Shown here: positions 9,960 through 17,890 of the stretch, piece by piece
Layout: every line of letters begins with the position of its first letter
Numbering within the stretch: the stretch's first letter is position 1
Notes under the pieces: generated by a model
Told to the model about the DNA's origin: nothing
Database searches by the model: none
What the model saw: only the letters and a program-made list of their open reading frames with translations
NCBI GenBank assembly: GCA_046728795.1
Contig: JBKPFJ010000006.1
Span: forward strand, 1 to 58,792
Length of the DNA: 58,792 nt
Origin: Actinomycetota bacterium
GTDB lineage: Bacteria; Actinomycetota; Thermoleophilia; Solirubrobacterales; Thermoleophilaceae
Direction: 5' to 3'
Position numbers and translations under genes: made by a program

Positions 9960-10687
9960 CCTCTGGGCGGCCGCAGCACGGCAAACGGATCGGTCACCTG
10001 GAGCTCCCGCGTGCGGTAGCGGTAGAGGGCCGCCGGCCGCCCGCCGCCCGGCCCCGGGGGCCTCCGCTGACCCGTCGCCGCGAGCACCCCACGGCGCTCG
10101 AGGACACGGCTCAGGTTGGTGGCGGACACGCGATATCCGAGCGCTGCGGTGTAGATCTCGCGCAACTCGGAGATCGCGAAGCGCTCCGGCGCCAGGGCGA
10201 AGCCGATGTTCGTATACGAGAGCTTCGCCCGCAGCCGTTCGCGGCCGGCCAGCACGATCGGCTCGTGGTCGAAAGCCATCTCCGGGAGAGCGTCGACCCC
10301 GTGCCAGGCCGTGTCCGAGGGCAGGGCTGGGTCGACGTCGATCGGGACGAGGCCCAGATATGCGGTGGCGAGCTGCCACTCGGAGGGGTGCCGCTCGGGC
10401 TCACTGCGGGTCTCGAGCTGCTCGAGCCAGGCCACCTCCCGCAGGTCCACCTTCGCCGCGAGCTGCCGGCGGATCGAGCGCTCGAGCGTCTCGCCGGGCT
10501 CGAGGTATCCGCCGGGCAGCGACCACGCTCCCTCGAACGGCGCCTTGGCCCGCCGCCACAGCAGCACCTCGACCCGGCCTTCGCGGACCTGGAGAACGAC
10601 GGCGAGCGTGACGTGTGTTGGGGGCGAGCGGCGGGAGGCCGTCGCCGCCGGGGTCGCGGACACCCGTTTGCTAGGCTCGTTGGACAC
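9956..10687 (-). CDS. nrtR: NrtR-type Nudix-related transcriptional regulator of NAD metabolism
   Basis: Nudix fold (GAWSLPGGYLEPGETLERSIRRQLAAKV) fused to a C-terminal winged-helix region (ISELREIYTAALGYRVSATNLSRVLERRGVL). It is wedged between nadC and nadA. It overlaps the nadC 3' end by 4 nt. Confidence 0.75.
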   Translation of the reverse strand: MSNEPSKRVSATPAATASRRSPPTHVTLAVVLQVREGRVEVLLWRRAKAPFEGAWSLPGGYLEPGETLERSIRRQLAAKVDLREVAWLEQLETRSEPERHPSEWQLATAYLGLVPIDVDPALPSDTAWHGVDALPEMAFDHEPIVLAGRERLRAKLSYTNIGFALAPERFAISELREIYTAALGYRVSATNLSRVLERRGVLAATGQRRPPGPGGGRPAALYRYRTRELQVTDPFAVLRPPRG

Positions 10688-10712
10688 GGTTTTCGATCAT
10701 AAAGCGAAAACC
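10688..10712. promoter_or_regulatory. candidate NrtR operator palindrome GGTTTTCG-N9-CGAAAACC
   Basis: Perfect 8-nt inverted arms (10688-10695 and 10705-10712) around an AT-rich 9-nt spacer. It lies in the 48-nt gap between the divergent nrtR (GTG 10687) and nadA (GTG 10736) starts. Confidence 0.45.
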
Positions 10713-10735
10713 TCCCGAACCCGAGAGACCCGCCG

Positions 10736-11755
10736 GTGCCGCCCCTCGAGCTCCCCACCCTCCCGCCGCTTGCCACCCGGTCCAGGCTGAGCCCGGGGGA
10801 GGTGGCGGCGATGCAGGACGAGGTCCGAGCGCTCGCCGAGGAGCGGAGCGCGGTGATCCTCGCGCACAACTACCAGGTGCCCGAGGTCCAGGACGTCGCC
10901 GACTACGTGGGCGACTCGCTCGGGCTCTCCCGCCGGGCCGCCGAGGCGGACGCCGAGGTGATCGCCTTCTGCGGCGTCCACTTCATGGCGGAGACGGCTT
11001 CGATCCTCTCGCCGGATAAGACCGTGGTTCTGCCCGACCTCGACGCCGGCTGCTCGCTCGCCGACTCGATCACGGCCGACGAGCTGCGGGCCTGGAAGGC
11101 GCAGCATCCGGGCGCGGCGGTCGTCATGTACGTCAACACGACCGCCGAGGTGAAGGCGGAGACGGACTACTGCTGCACGTCGTCGAACGCGGTCCAGGTT
11201 GTGGAGCACATCTGGCGCGAGCACGGGCCGGAGACAGAGATCCTGTTCGGCCCCGACATGTGGCTTGGCGCCTACGTCGAGCGCGAGACGGGTCGTCGGC
11301 TGCACGTCTGGACCGGCGAGTGCCACGTGCACGCCGGCATCCGGCCGCGCGACATCTCACGGGTCCGAGCGGACCACCCGGACGCCGAGTTCCTGATCCA
11401 CCCGGAGTGCGGCTGCACGACGCAGGTCATGGAGTACGTGGCGGCCGGTGACGTGGACGCCGAGCACACCCACATGCTCTCCACGGGCGGCATGCTGAAG
11501 TTCGCCGGGGCCTCGCGAGCCGAGGAGTTCATCGTGGCCACCGAGACGGGCATGCTTCATCCGCTCGAGCAGGAGAATCCGGGCAAGACCTTCATCCCCG
11601 CGAACCGGGCCGCCGTCTGCCGCTACATGAAGCTGATCACGCTGCCGAAGCTGCGCGACTCCCTGCGCGAGCTTCAGCCCCAAGTGAAGGTCGACCCGGC
11701 CCTCGCCGAGCGTGCTCGCGTGCCGATCGAGCGCATGGTGGCCATCTCGCCCTGA
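10736..11755 (+). CDS. nadA: quinolinate synthase
   Basis: Motifs: AHNYQVPEVQDVAD, GVHFMAETA, CSLADS, MYVNTTAEVKA, HPECGC. Confidence 0.9.
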   Translation: MPPLELPTLPPLATRSRLSPGEVAAMQDEVRALAEERSAVILAHNYQVPEVQDVADYVGDSLGLSRRAAEADAEVIAFCGVHFMAETASILSPDKTVVLPDLDAGCSLADSITADELRAWKAQHPGAAVVMYVNTTAEVKAETDYCCTSSNAVQVVEHIWREHGPETEILFGPDMWLGAYVERETGRRLHVWTGECHVHAGIRPRDISRVRADHPDAEFLIHPECGCTTQVMEYVAAGDVDAEHTHMLSTGGMLKFAGASRAEEFIVATETGMLHPLEQENPGKTFIPANRAAVCRYMKLITLPKLRDSLRELQPQVKVDPALAERARVPIERMVAISP

Positions 11756-11835
11756 GCGCGACGCTCGACCACATCGACCTCGTCGTACGGGATCTCGACC
11801 GGAGTCTCGAGTTCTACCGTGACCTCCTCGCCCCC

Positions 11836-12165
11836 TTGGGGTGGACGCGGATCAGCGAGATCGTGGGTGAGCGCGGGGAGCCCGTCTTCTACCTCGGGGG
11901 CGAGCGGCCAGAGCGCCCGGTGGCCCTGAGCCTGCGTCAGGCGACGGTCGATCGCCCCTACGACCGCTACGCCGTCGGCGTTCACCACGTCGCCTTCAAG
12001 GCGCCCTCCCGCGAGGCCGTAGACGAGCGCCACGAGTGGCTGGAGCAGCGGGGCGCCCAGATCGAGTCGCCGCCCCGCGAGTACGACTACACGCCCGGCT
12101 ACTACGCGGTCTTCTTCTACGACCCGGACGGGATCAAGCTCGAGATCGTGCACCGGCCGCTCTAA
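11836..12165 (+). CDS. VOC/glyoxalase family protein (true start probably upstream, near 11752)
   Basis: The ORF track starts at TTG 11836. The same frame, read by hand from 11752, gives LSATLDHIDLVVRDLDRSLEFYRDLLAPLGW, which is the conserved first beta-alpha-beta unit of VOC proteins. No ATG/GTG/TTG is available there; CTG 11752 overlaps the nadA stop. Confidence 0.7.
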   Translation: MGWTRISEIVGERGEPVFYLGGERPERPVALSLRQATVDRPYDRYAVGVHHVAFKAPSREAVDERHEWLEQRGAQIESPPREYDYTPGYYAVFFYDPDGIKLEIVHRPL

Positions 12166-12265
12166 CGCCGCCTCCGCGACGATGTGGTACTTAGGGCACC
12201 CATGCAGTGCCCCAACCGCCACGGTGGCTCGCATCGCTCGCACTGGGCCGGGGGGAAGGCAGGGG

Positions 12266-13537
12266 CTAGTCGAGCTCGCCGGACCCTGAGGATCCGCTCC
12301 CCGACCCCGAACCGGAGCTGTCGCTCGAGCCGGACGACCCGGAGGAATCGTCGATAACGGCGCTGGAGTAGGTGCCGGATCCCGATTCACCGGACCCACT
12401 CGAACCCGAGCCGCCGGACGTCGAGCCGCTCGGGCCGGGGCCGCTCGACAGCGACCCCGAGGTCCCCAGCTCTGACTCGTCCGAGCCGGAGCCGGGGCCA
12501 GAACGATCGGAGCCGGACCCTTCGCCCGAGCTCGGGCCGGAACGGTCCTCGCCGCTCTCCCGCTCACCGCCGCCGGGGCCGCTCCGGTCGTCCGAGCCGC
12601 TCCCCGGCACGCGGGAGCCCGAGCCGTCGCCGGCCTCGCGCGCTCCCGATCCGGGGGAGGAGACCTGATCCAGCGGCGCGCCGGACGCCATCCCGGCGCT
12701 GCCGCGGACGACACGGACGGCCGTGGCCCCGCCCGGCTCGCGACCGTCATGCCCTCGGCGCTCTCCGGGCAGCGCCGTCACTCCGCCGACCACCGCGCCA
12801 GTCACGAGCACCGTCGCGCAGGCCTTGGCGACCGCGGCCCCCGCGCCGGCGCCGCCGCACAGCTCCGCCACTCGCGCCGCGACGCCTTCGGATGGGGCGC
12901 CCGATGGGATCCGGGCGATCAGCCCGGCCGGCGTGACGGCGGACGCGCCGGCCCGGAGGGCGGTCCGCGCTCGGTTCAGGAGCTGGCGCACCGCGCCATC
13001 CGTCACCCCCAGCTCGGCGGCGATCTCCTGGTAGCTGCGCCCTTCGAGCTCCCGCAGGACGATCGCGTCGCGCTGGCGCGGCGGCAGCGCGTGTACCGCG
13101 GCCACCATCCTGGCCAGTCCGTGACGCCGCTCCACCACCTGGTCGGTGCGCTCGACGCCGTCGAGCGACTCGGAGAGCTGCTCGTGTCGGAGATCGCGGT
13201 CGCGGAGGGCGTTCAGCGCCGTGTTGTGGGTGATCCGGTAGAGCCAGGGCCGGAGCTTCAGCTCGGCGTCTCCGGCGAGCATGGCGTCGTAGGCCCTGAG
13301 TAATGACTGCTGGACGACGTCCTCGGCGCGCTCGGCCGGCAGGAACCGGCAGGCGTGGCGGAGCAGGGGTCGGCGATAGCGCGCCACCACGGCTTCGAAG
13401 GCGGCCGCGTGGCCCGCCCGCACCAGGTCCACGAGGCGCTGGTCGGTCTGAGAGCGCAACACCGTCTGGCCCGCGAGCCTCGCCGGCGCGAGGAGCGAGC
13501 GCGGCGTCATTCGCGGATTGCGGATGAGGGGCGCCAC
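12266..13537 (-). CDS. ECF-type sigma-70 factor fused to a TM helix and a Ser/Gly-rich C-terminal tail
   Basis: Region 2 (RPWLYRITHNTALNALR) and region 4 (RQRDAIVLRELEGRSYQEIAAELGVTDGAVRQLLNRAR) occupy the first ~195 aa. They are followed by a hydrophobic AAVAKACATVLVTGAVVGGVTAL and ~170 aa of SG/SGSG/DRSGPG low complexity. The start could be 13510. Confidence 0.8.
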   Translation of the reverse strand: MAPLIRNPRMTPRSLLAPARLAGQTVLRSQTDQRLVDLVRAGHAAAFEAVVARYRRPLLRHACRFLPAERAEDVVQQSLLRAYDAMLAGDAELKLRPWLYRITHNTALNALRDRDLRHEQLSESLDGVERTDQVVERRHGLARMVAAVHALPPRQRDAIVLRELEGRSYQEIAAELGVTDGAVRQLLNRARTALRAGASAVTPAGLIARIPSGAPSEGVAARVAELCGGAGAGAAVAKACATVLVTGAVVGGVTALPGERRGHDGREPGGATAVRVVRGSAGMASGAPLDQVSSPGSGAREAGDGSGSRVPGSGSDDRSGPGGGERESGEDRSGPSSGEGSGSDRSGPGSGSDESELGTSGSLSSGPGPSGSTSGGSGSSGSGESGSGTYSSAVIDDSSGSSGSSDSSGSGSGSGSSGSGELD

Positions 13538-13592
13538 CTCTACGGGGCAAGACGCGAGTCAACTCCCGTTTCTTCCGCGGCAGACGTGCAGA

Positions 13593-14342
13593 ATGCCTCG
13601 GATGCCGACCGGCCTCCGGACCCTCTTTCCCGCCTCCGGCTCCAGCACGCCCGAGGAGCTCGTGTCCGGGCTGGCGTTCGACGAGCGGGCACCCGACGAG
13701 CGGCCCTACCTCGTGTTGAACATGGTTGCCTCGCTCGACGGCAAGGCCGTAGTCGAGGGCCGCACCCGCGGGCTATCGAGCGACACCGACCGCGCGATCT
13801 TCCACCAGCTCCGTACCCAGGTGGACGCCGTGATGGTAGGGGCGGGAACCTTGCGGACGGAGCGCTACGGCCGCATGGTCAAGAGCGCTGAGCTGCGCGC
13901 CAAGCGGGAGCGGGAAGGGCTCGCGCCGGATCCGCTTGCGGTGATCGTCAGCGGCAGCCTGGCGCTACCGCCCGACCTTCCGCTGCTCCAGGATCCCAAG
14001 TCGAAGGTGCTCATCGCCACCGGATCCGACGCCGAGCTCGGCGACGTCGGCGCGAGCGTGGTGTACGAGCGAACCGGGGACGACCTGCGCCTCCTGCTCG
14101 CCCACCTGCGGACCGAGCACGGCGTGCGCTCGGTGCTGTGCGAGGGCGGGCCGACGCTCAACTTCCACCTCCTCGCCGGCGGGCTCGTGGACGAGCTGTT
14201 CCTCGCCATCGCGCCGCAGCTGGTCGGCGGCGTGGCGGCCCTCACGATCGTCGGCGGCGGCGCCCTGATCGAGCCCGCGCGCGCCGAGCTCGTGTGGCTC
14301 GCGGAGGGGGAGGGCGACCTCTTCACCCGCTGGCGACTCTGA
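13593..14342 (+). CDS. RibD C-terminal domain / dihydrofolate reductase-like family protein
   Basis: Motifs: LNMVASLDGKAVVEGRTRGLSSDTDRAIFHQLR, VMVGAGTLRTE, CEGGPTLNFHLL. The start is taken at ATG 13593 because ORF start 13518 overlaps the divergent sigma gene. Confidence 0.75.
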   Translation: MPRMPTGLRTLFPASGSSTPEELVSGLAFDERAPDERPYLVLNMVASLDGKAVVEGRTRGLSSDTDRAIFHQLRTQVDAVMVGAGTLRTERYGRMVKSAELRAKREREGLAPDPLAVIVSGSLALPPDLPLLQDPKSKVLIATGSDAELGDVGASVVYERTGDDLRLLLAHLRTEHGVRSVLCEGGPTLNFHLLAGGLVDELFLAIAPQLVGGVAALTIVGGGALIEPARAELVWLAEGEGDLFTRWRL

Positions 14343-14356
14343 CAAGTCCCTTGCAT

Positions 14357-14372
14357 CCCCCGCAGGCGGGGG
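14357..14372 (+). terminator. GC hairpin CCCCCG-CAGG-CGGGGG downstream of the RibD-like gene
   Basis: Perfect 6-bp GC stem 15 nt after the stop codon. There is no U-tract, so its function is uncertain. Confidence 0.25.
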
Positions 14373-14398
14373 GCCGATCCGGTATCCATCAGCCCTCG

Positions 14399-15208
14399 AT
14401 GGCCACCGAGACCAGGCGAACGGCGGCGCCAGTCCGCCGGCGGGACGAGGTGCCCGTTGTCGAGCTCCGCGATGTGACCAAGATCTACGAGGGCGGCTCG
14501 GTCGGTCTGCAGCGGGTGTCGATGCGCATCGGCCGCGGAGAGTTCGTCTTCTTGGTCGGGCCCACCGGCTGCGGCAAGTCGACCTGCATCCGCCTGCTCC
14601 TAAAGGAGCTCGAGCCGAGCGAGGGCGACGTCCTGATCGCGGGGCGCAGTTTGAAGGAGATCCCGCGTGCCCGCGTGCCGTACGTGCGCCGCAACATCGG
14701 CACCGTCTTCCAGGACTTCAAGCTGCTGCCGAACCGGACGGTCTACGACAACGTGGCCTACTCGCTGCAGGTGATCGGCGACTCGCGGCAGAAGATCCGC
14801 CGCAAGGTGCCGGACATCCTTCGCCTGGTCGGGCTCTCCACGAAGCTGCACAACTATCCGGACGAGCTCTCGGGCGGCGAGCAGCAGCGCGTGTCGATCG
14901 CGCGGGCGTTCGTCAACCACCCCCCGCTGCTGCTGGCCGACGAGCCCACCGGCAACCTCGACCCCGAGACCTCGATCGGGATCATGCAGTTGATCTACCG
15001 CATCAACCGCACCGGGACCACCGTGGTCGTGGCGACCCACGACAAGGAGATGGTCGACAAGATGCGCCGCCGGGTGGTCGAGCTGCGCGAGGGGCGCATC
15101 GTGCGGGACGAGCTGTCCGGGCTCTACCGCCCGGACGAGTCCACGAGCGAGTTCGCCATCCGCCTGCGAGGGGAGCTCGGGATCGGCCCGGAGGGACACC
15201 CCAATTAG
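14399..15208 (+). CDS. ftsE: cell division ATP-binding protein FtsE
   Basis: ATG at residue 88 of ORF 14138..15208. Motifs: Walker A GPTGCGKS, signature LSGGEQQR, Walker [10 protein letters not shown]. The ftsX gene follows. Confidence 0.95.
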   Translation: MATETRRTAAPVRRRDEVPVVELRDVTKIYEGGSVGLQRVSMRIGRGEFVFLVGPTGCGKSTCIRLLLKELEPSEGDVLIAGRSLKEIPRARVPYVRRNIGTVFQDFKLLPNRTVYDNVAYSLQVIGDSRQKIRRKVPDILRLVGLSTKLHNYPDELSGGEQQRVSIARAFVNHPPLLLADEPTGNLDPETSIGIMQLIYRINRTGTTVVVATHDKEMVDKMRRRVVELREGRIVRDELSGLYRPDESTSEFAIRLRGELGIGPEGHPN

Positions 15209-15221
15209 GTTCGGCTTCTTC

Positions 15222-16094
15222 ATGAAGGAGGCCCTGCGCGGCCTCTCGCGCAGCTCGGCGCCGGCGCTTGCCGCCACCCTCACCGTCCTCCTCACGGCGC
15301 TCGTGCTCGGGGTGTTCATCCCCATCGTCCAGGCCACCACCGGCACCGCCAACGAGGTGCGCAACCGGGTGGTGGTGGACGTCTACTTGAAGGAGGGGCT
15401 CACCCCCGCCGAGCGCTCTGAGGTCAAGCGCTCCATCGAGGAGAAGGCGAACGTCAAGTCGGTCGAGTACGTCTCGAAGGCCCGTGCGCTCGAGACAGCG
15501 GAGCAGAAGAACCCGAAGGCGTTCAAGGAGGGCACGGAGCTGCTGGGAGCGAACCCCCTCCCGGCCTCCTACCGCGTGGTGCCCGACGACCCCGACCAGG
15601 TCGACCAGATCGTCAGCGGTCTGGCCCCGGGCGGCAAGCCTCGGATCGCCGGCATCGACGAGGTGCGAAACCGGGAGGACGACACCGACAAGATCCTCTC
15701 GGCCACCGGGCTCGTGAAGCTCCTCACCGCGGGGCTCTCAGCCCTGCTGGTCTTCGCCTCGATCGCGCTGATCGCGAACACGATCCGGCTCTCGATCTTC
15801 GCCCGCCGGCGCGAGGTCGAGGTCATGAAGCTCGTGGGCGCCACGAACTGGTTCATCCGCTGGCCCTTCGTGATCGAGGGCATCATCGTGGGCTTCCTGG
15901 GCGGAGTGCTCGCCTCGCTACTCCTCGCCATCGCCAAAGAGACCTTCGTCGACCCGCTCTCCGATCGCTTCGCCCTGCTGGCGGCGCCGGACACGATCGA
16001 CTTCCCGCTACTGATCGTGGTCCTGATGGTCGCGTGCGTCGCCGTCTCGGCCCTCGGCAGCGGGATCACCCTGCGGCGCTTCCTGCGCGTCTGA
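15222..16094 (+). CDS. ftsX: cell division permease FtsX
   Basis: Layout is TM1, a periplasmic loop (VEYVSKARALE...NPLPASY), then three C-terminal TM helices with EVEVMKLVGATNWFIRWPF. Confidence 0.9.
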   Translation: MKEALRGLSRSSAPALAATLTVLLTALVLGVFIPIVQATTGTANEVRNRVVVDVYLKEGLTPAERSEVKRSIEEKANVKSVEYVSKARALETAEQKNPKAFKEGTELLGANPLPASYRVVPDDPDQVDQIVSGLAPGGKPRIAGIDEVRNREDDTDKILSATGLVKLLTAGLSALLVFASIALIANTIRLSIFARRREVEVMKLVGATNWFIRWPFVIEGIIVGFLGGVLASLLLAIAKETFVDPLSDRFALLAAPDTIDFPLLIVVLMVACVAVSALGSGITLRRFLRV

Positions 16095-16559
16095 CGCGGT
16101 CCTGACCTCCGCAGTCGGCGACTCCTCGTCTATGGGCGGCGCGAAACGCTCCAGGGCGTCGTCGGCGACCCGCAGCGTGTCCTCTGCTAGCTGGCGCAGG
16201 TCCTCGATCAGGCGCTCACGCTCCTGCCAGATGCGCTCCACGTCGCTGTCGAGCTCGCGCGCCCGCCGCTCGGCCTCCGCGATGATGAGCTGGGCCTCGC
16301 CCTCGGCCTGCCGGAGGCGGTCGTCGGCCTTCGAGCGCGAGCGCCGGGTGATCTCGTCGGCCGACTGATGCGCCTGCTGGAGGATGGCGCTGGTCTGCTC
16401 GCCCACCTCCTCGAGGGCGCTCTTGATCACCGCGTCGGACGACTGCGTCGTCTCGAGCTCGGCGACCTTGGCCGCGAGGTCGCGCAGGAAGCCGTCCACG
16501 GCCTCCTTCTCGTAGCCCCGGAAGACGATCGGGAACTCGCGCTTCTGGACCTCCGACAC
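16008..16559 (-). CDS. DivIVA domain-containing protein
   Basis: N-terminal motif VQKREFPIVFRGYEKEAVDGFLRDL, followed by long coiled-coil sequence. I prefer GTG 16559 (residue 43 of ORF 16008..16685); the longest ORF start is 16685. The 3' end overlaps the ftsX 3' end by 87 nt. Confidence 0.7.
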   Translation of the reverse strand: MSEVQKREFPIVFRGYEKEAVDGFLRDLAAKVAELETTQSSDAVIKSALEEVGEQTSAILQQAHQSADEITRRSRSKADDRLRQAEGEAQLIIAEAERRARELDSDVERIWQERERLIEDLRQLAEDTLRVADDALERFAPPIDEESPTAEVRTASDAQEAPQGDPAAEGRDGDARDHQDHDQ

Positions 16560-16717
16560 GATGCTCTCGCGCCGCGGGCGACTCGGCTGGCGCCTCAGCT
16601 TGCGGACCGTGGCCGCGTGCAGGTTCTCCTCCTGCTGCCCCCCATCCTCTCGTGGTTCCTGGTGCACCCGGCGCAGTATGCCCACTTTCGGCCGCCGACT
16701 ACCCTTCGTCGCCGCTC

Positions 16718-17890
16718 ATGTCCCGGCCCCGGACAGCCCTGATCGCGCTCGCCTGCGCGCTGGTGGCCCTTGCCGCCGGCCTCTGGCTGGGCGGACACCC
16801 AGGCGACCTGCCGGAGCCGATCAGGGACGCCTTCGTCGACGACGACCCCGCGCTGCGCGCCGAGGTCATCGACACGATCGAGGACAACTACTACCGAAAC
16901 GTGCCGAACCTGGAGGAGCGCTCGCTCAAGGCGATCGTCCAATCGCTCCACGACCCGTTCTCGCACTACCTGACGCCCCAGGAGGCGAAGGCGTTCCAGG
17001 CGAGCGTGGAAGGTCGCTTCGAGGGGGTGGGCATGACGGTGAAGCAGAATCGCCGCGGCCTGGAGGTGCTCAACGTGTTCGACGGCTCGCCCGCCAGGGA
17101 CGCGGGCATCCACAAGGGCGACCTGATCACCGCGGTGAACGGGCGGTCCATCGCGGGCGAGAACAGCGAGGTCGCCACCGGCCGGATCAAGGGCAAGGCG
17201 GGCACGCAGGTCAGGCTCACGGTGGTGGACCCGCCGAGCACGCGCGAGCGCAACGTCGAGGTCGAGCGGCAGCGGATCGAGGTGCCGGTGGCGGAGGGCC
17301 GGGTGGTGGAGCGGGACGGCACCAAGCTGGGTGTCGTGCGGCTCGCCTCCTTCAGCTCGGGAGCCCACGGCGCGCTGCGCCAGAAGATCGACGCGGTGCT
17401 GCGCCGGGGCGCGAAGGGGCTGGTGCTCGACCTGCGCGGCAACGGTGGCGGGCTCCTTCGCGAGGCCATTCTCGTCTCCAGCGTCTTCATCGAGGACGGC
17501 AAGATCGTCTCGGTGCGTGGGCGGGCCAGGCCGGAGCGCACCGAGGACGCGGTCGGCGGGGCGATCGACCCGAAGATCCCGCTGGTCGTGCTGGTGGACG
17601 GGGGAAGCGCGAGCGCCTCGGAGATCACGACCGGAGCGCTGCGCGACCGGCACCGTGCCACCATCGCGGGGACCCGCACCTTCGGCAAGGGCCTGGTCCA
17701 GGAGGTGGAGCCGCTCTCGAACGGCGGCATCCTCGACATCACCGTGGCCAACTACTACCTGCCGGATGGCGAGACGATCGCGCCGCGGAAGGGAATCGAG
17801 CCGCAGGTACGCGCGCACGACGACCCGGACACGACGCGCGACGAGGCGCTGCCCGTCGCGCTCGACACGCTGCTCAAGAAGACCCGGTGA
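16718..17890 (+). CDS. S41 family C-terminal processing peptidase
   Basis: ATG 16718 gives MSRPRTALIALACALVALAAGLW (signal anchor). It has a PDZ domain (GDLITAVNG) and the motifs LRGNGGG, DGGSASASEI (Ser) and TFGKG (Lys). Confidence 0.9.
   Translation: MSRPRTALIALACALVALAAGLWLGGHPGDLPEPIRDAFVDDDPALRAEVIDTIEDNYYRNVPNLEERSLKAIVQSLHDPFSHYLTPQEAKAFQASVEGRFEGVGMTVKQNRRGLEVLNVFDGSPARDAGIHKGDLITAVNGRSIAGENSEVATGRIKGKAGTQVRLTVVDPPSTRERNVEVERQRIEVPVAEGRVVERDGTKLGVVRLASFSSGAHGALRQKIDAVLRRGAKGLVLDLRGNGGGLLREAILVSSVFIEDGKIVSVRGRARPERTEDAVGGAIDPKIPLVVLVDGGSASASEITTGALRDRHRATIAGTRTFGKGLVQEVEPLSNGGILDITVANYYLPDGETIAPRKGIEPQVRAHDDPDTTRDEALPVALDTLLKKTR

Noticed and set aside
12290-12660. Repetitive GGATCC/GAGCCG-rich DNA, considered as a tandem repeat or CRISPR-like array.
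   Set aside because: The period is irregular and there is no repeat-spacer structure. It is the coding sequence of the Ser/Gly-rich tail of the sigma factor.
16561-17886. The N-terminal 442 aa of the 1009-aa ORF 16561..19590, read as part of a giant RNase R fusion.
   Set aside because: This segment is an out-of-frame overlap of the S41 peptidase gene and is Arg/Gly-rich. RNase II/R homology begins only at GTG 17887, which overlaps the peptidase stop codon. The same reasoning removed the N-terminal extensions of ORFs 22156..24129, 48135..50003, 53725..55836, 55086..56390, 56063..57151, 57195..58790, 41541..42854 and 36817..38562.
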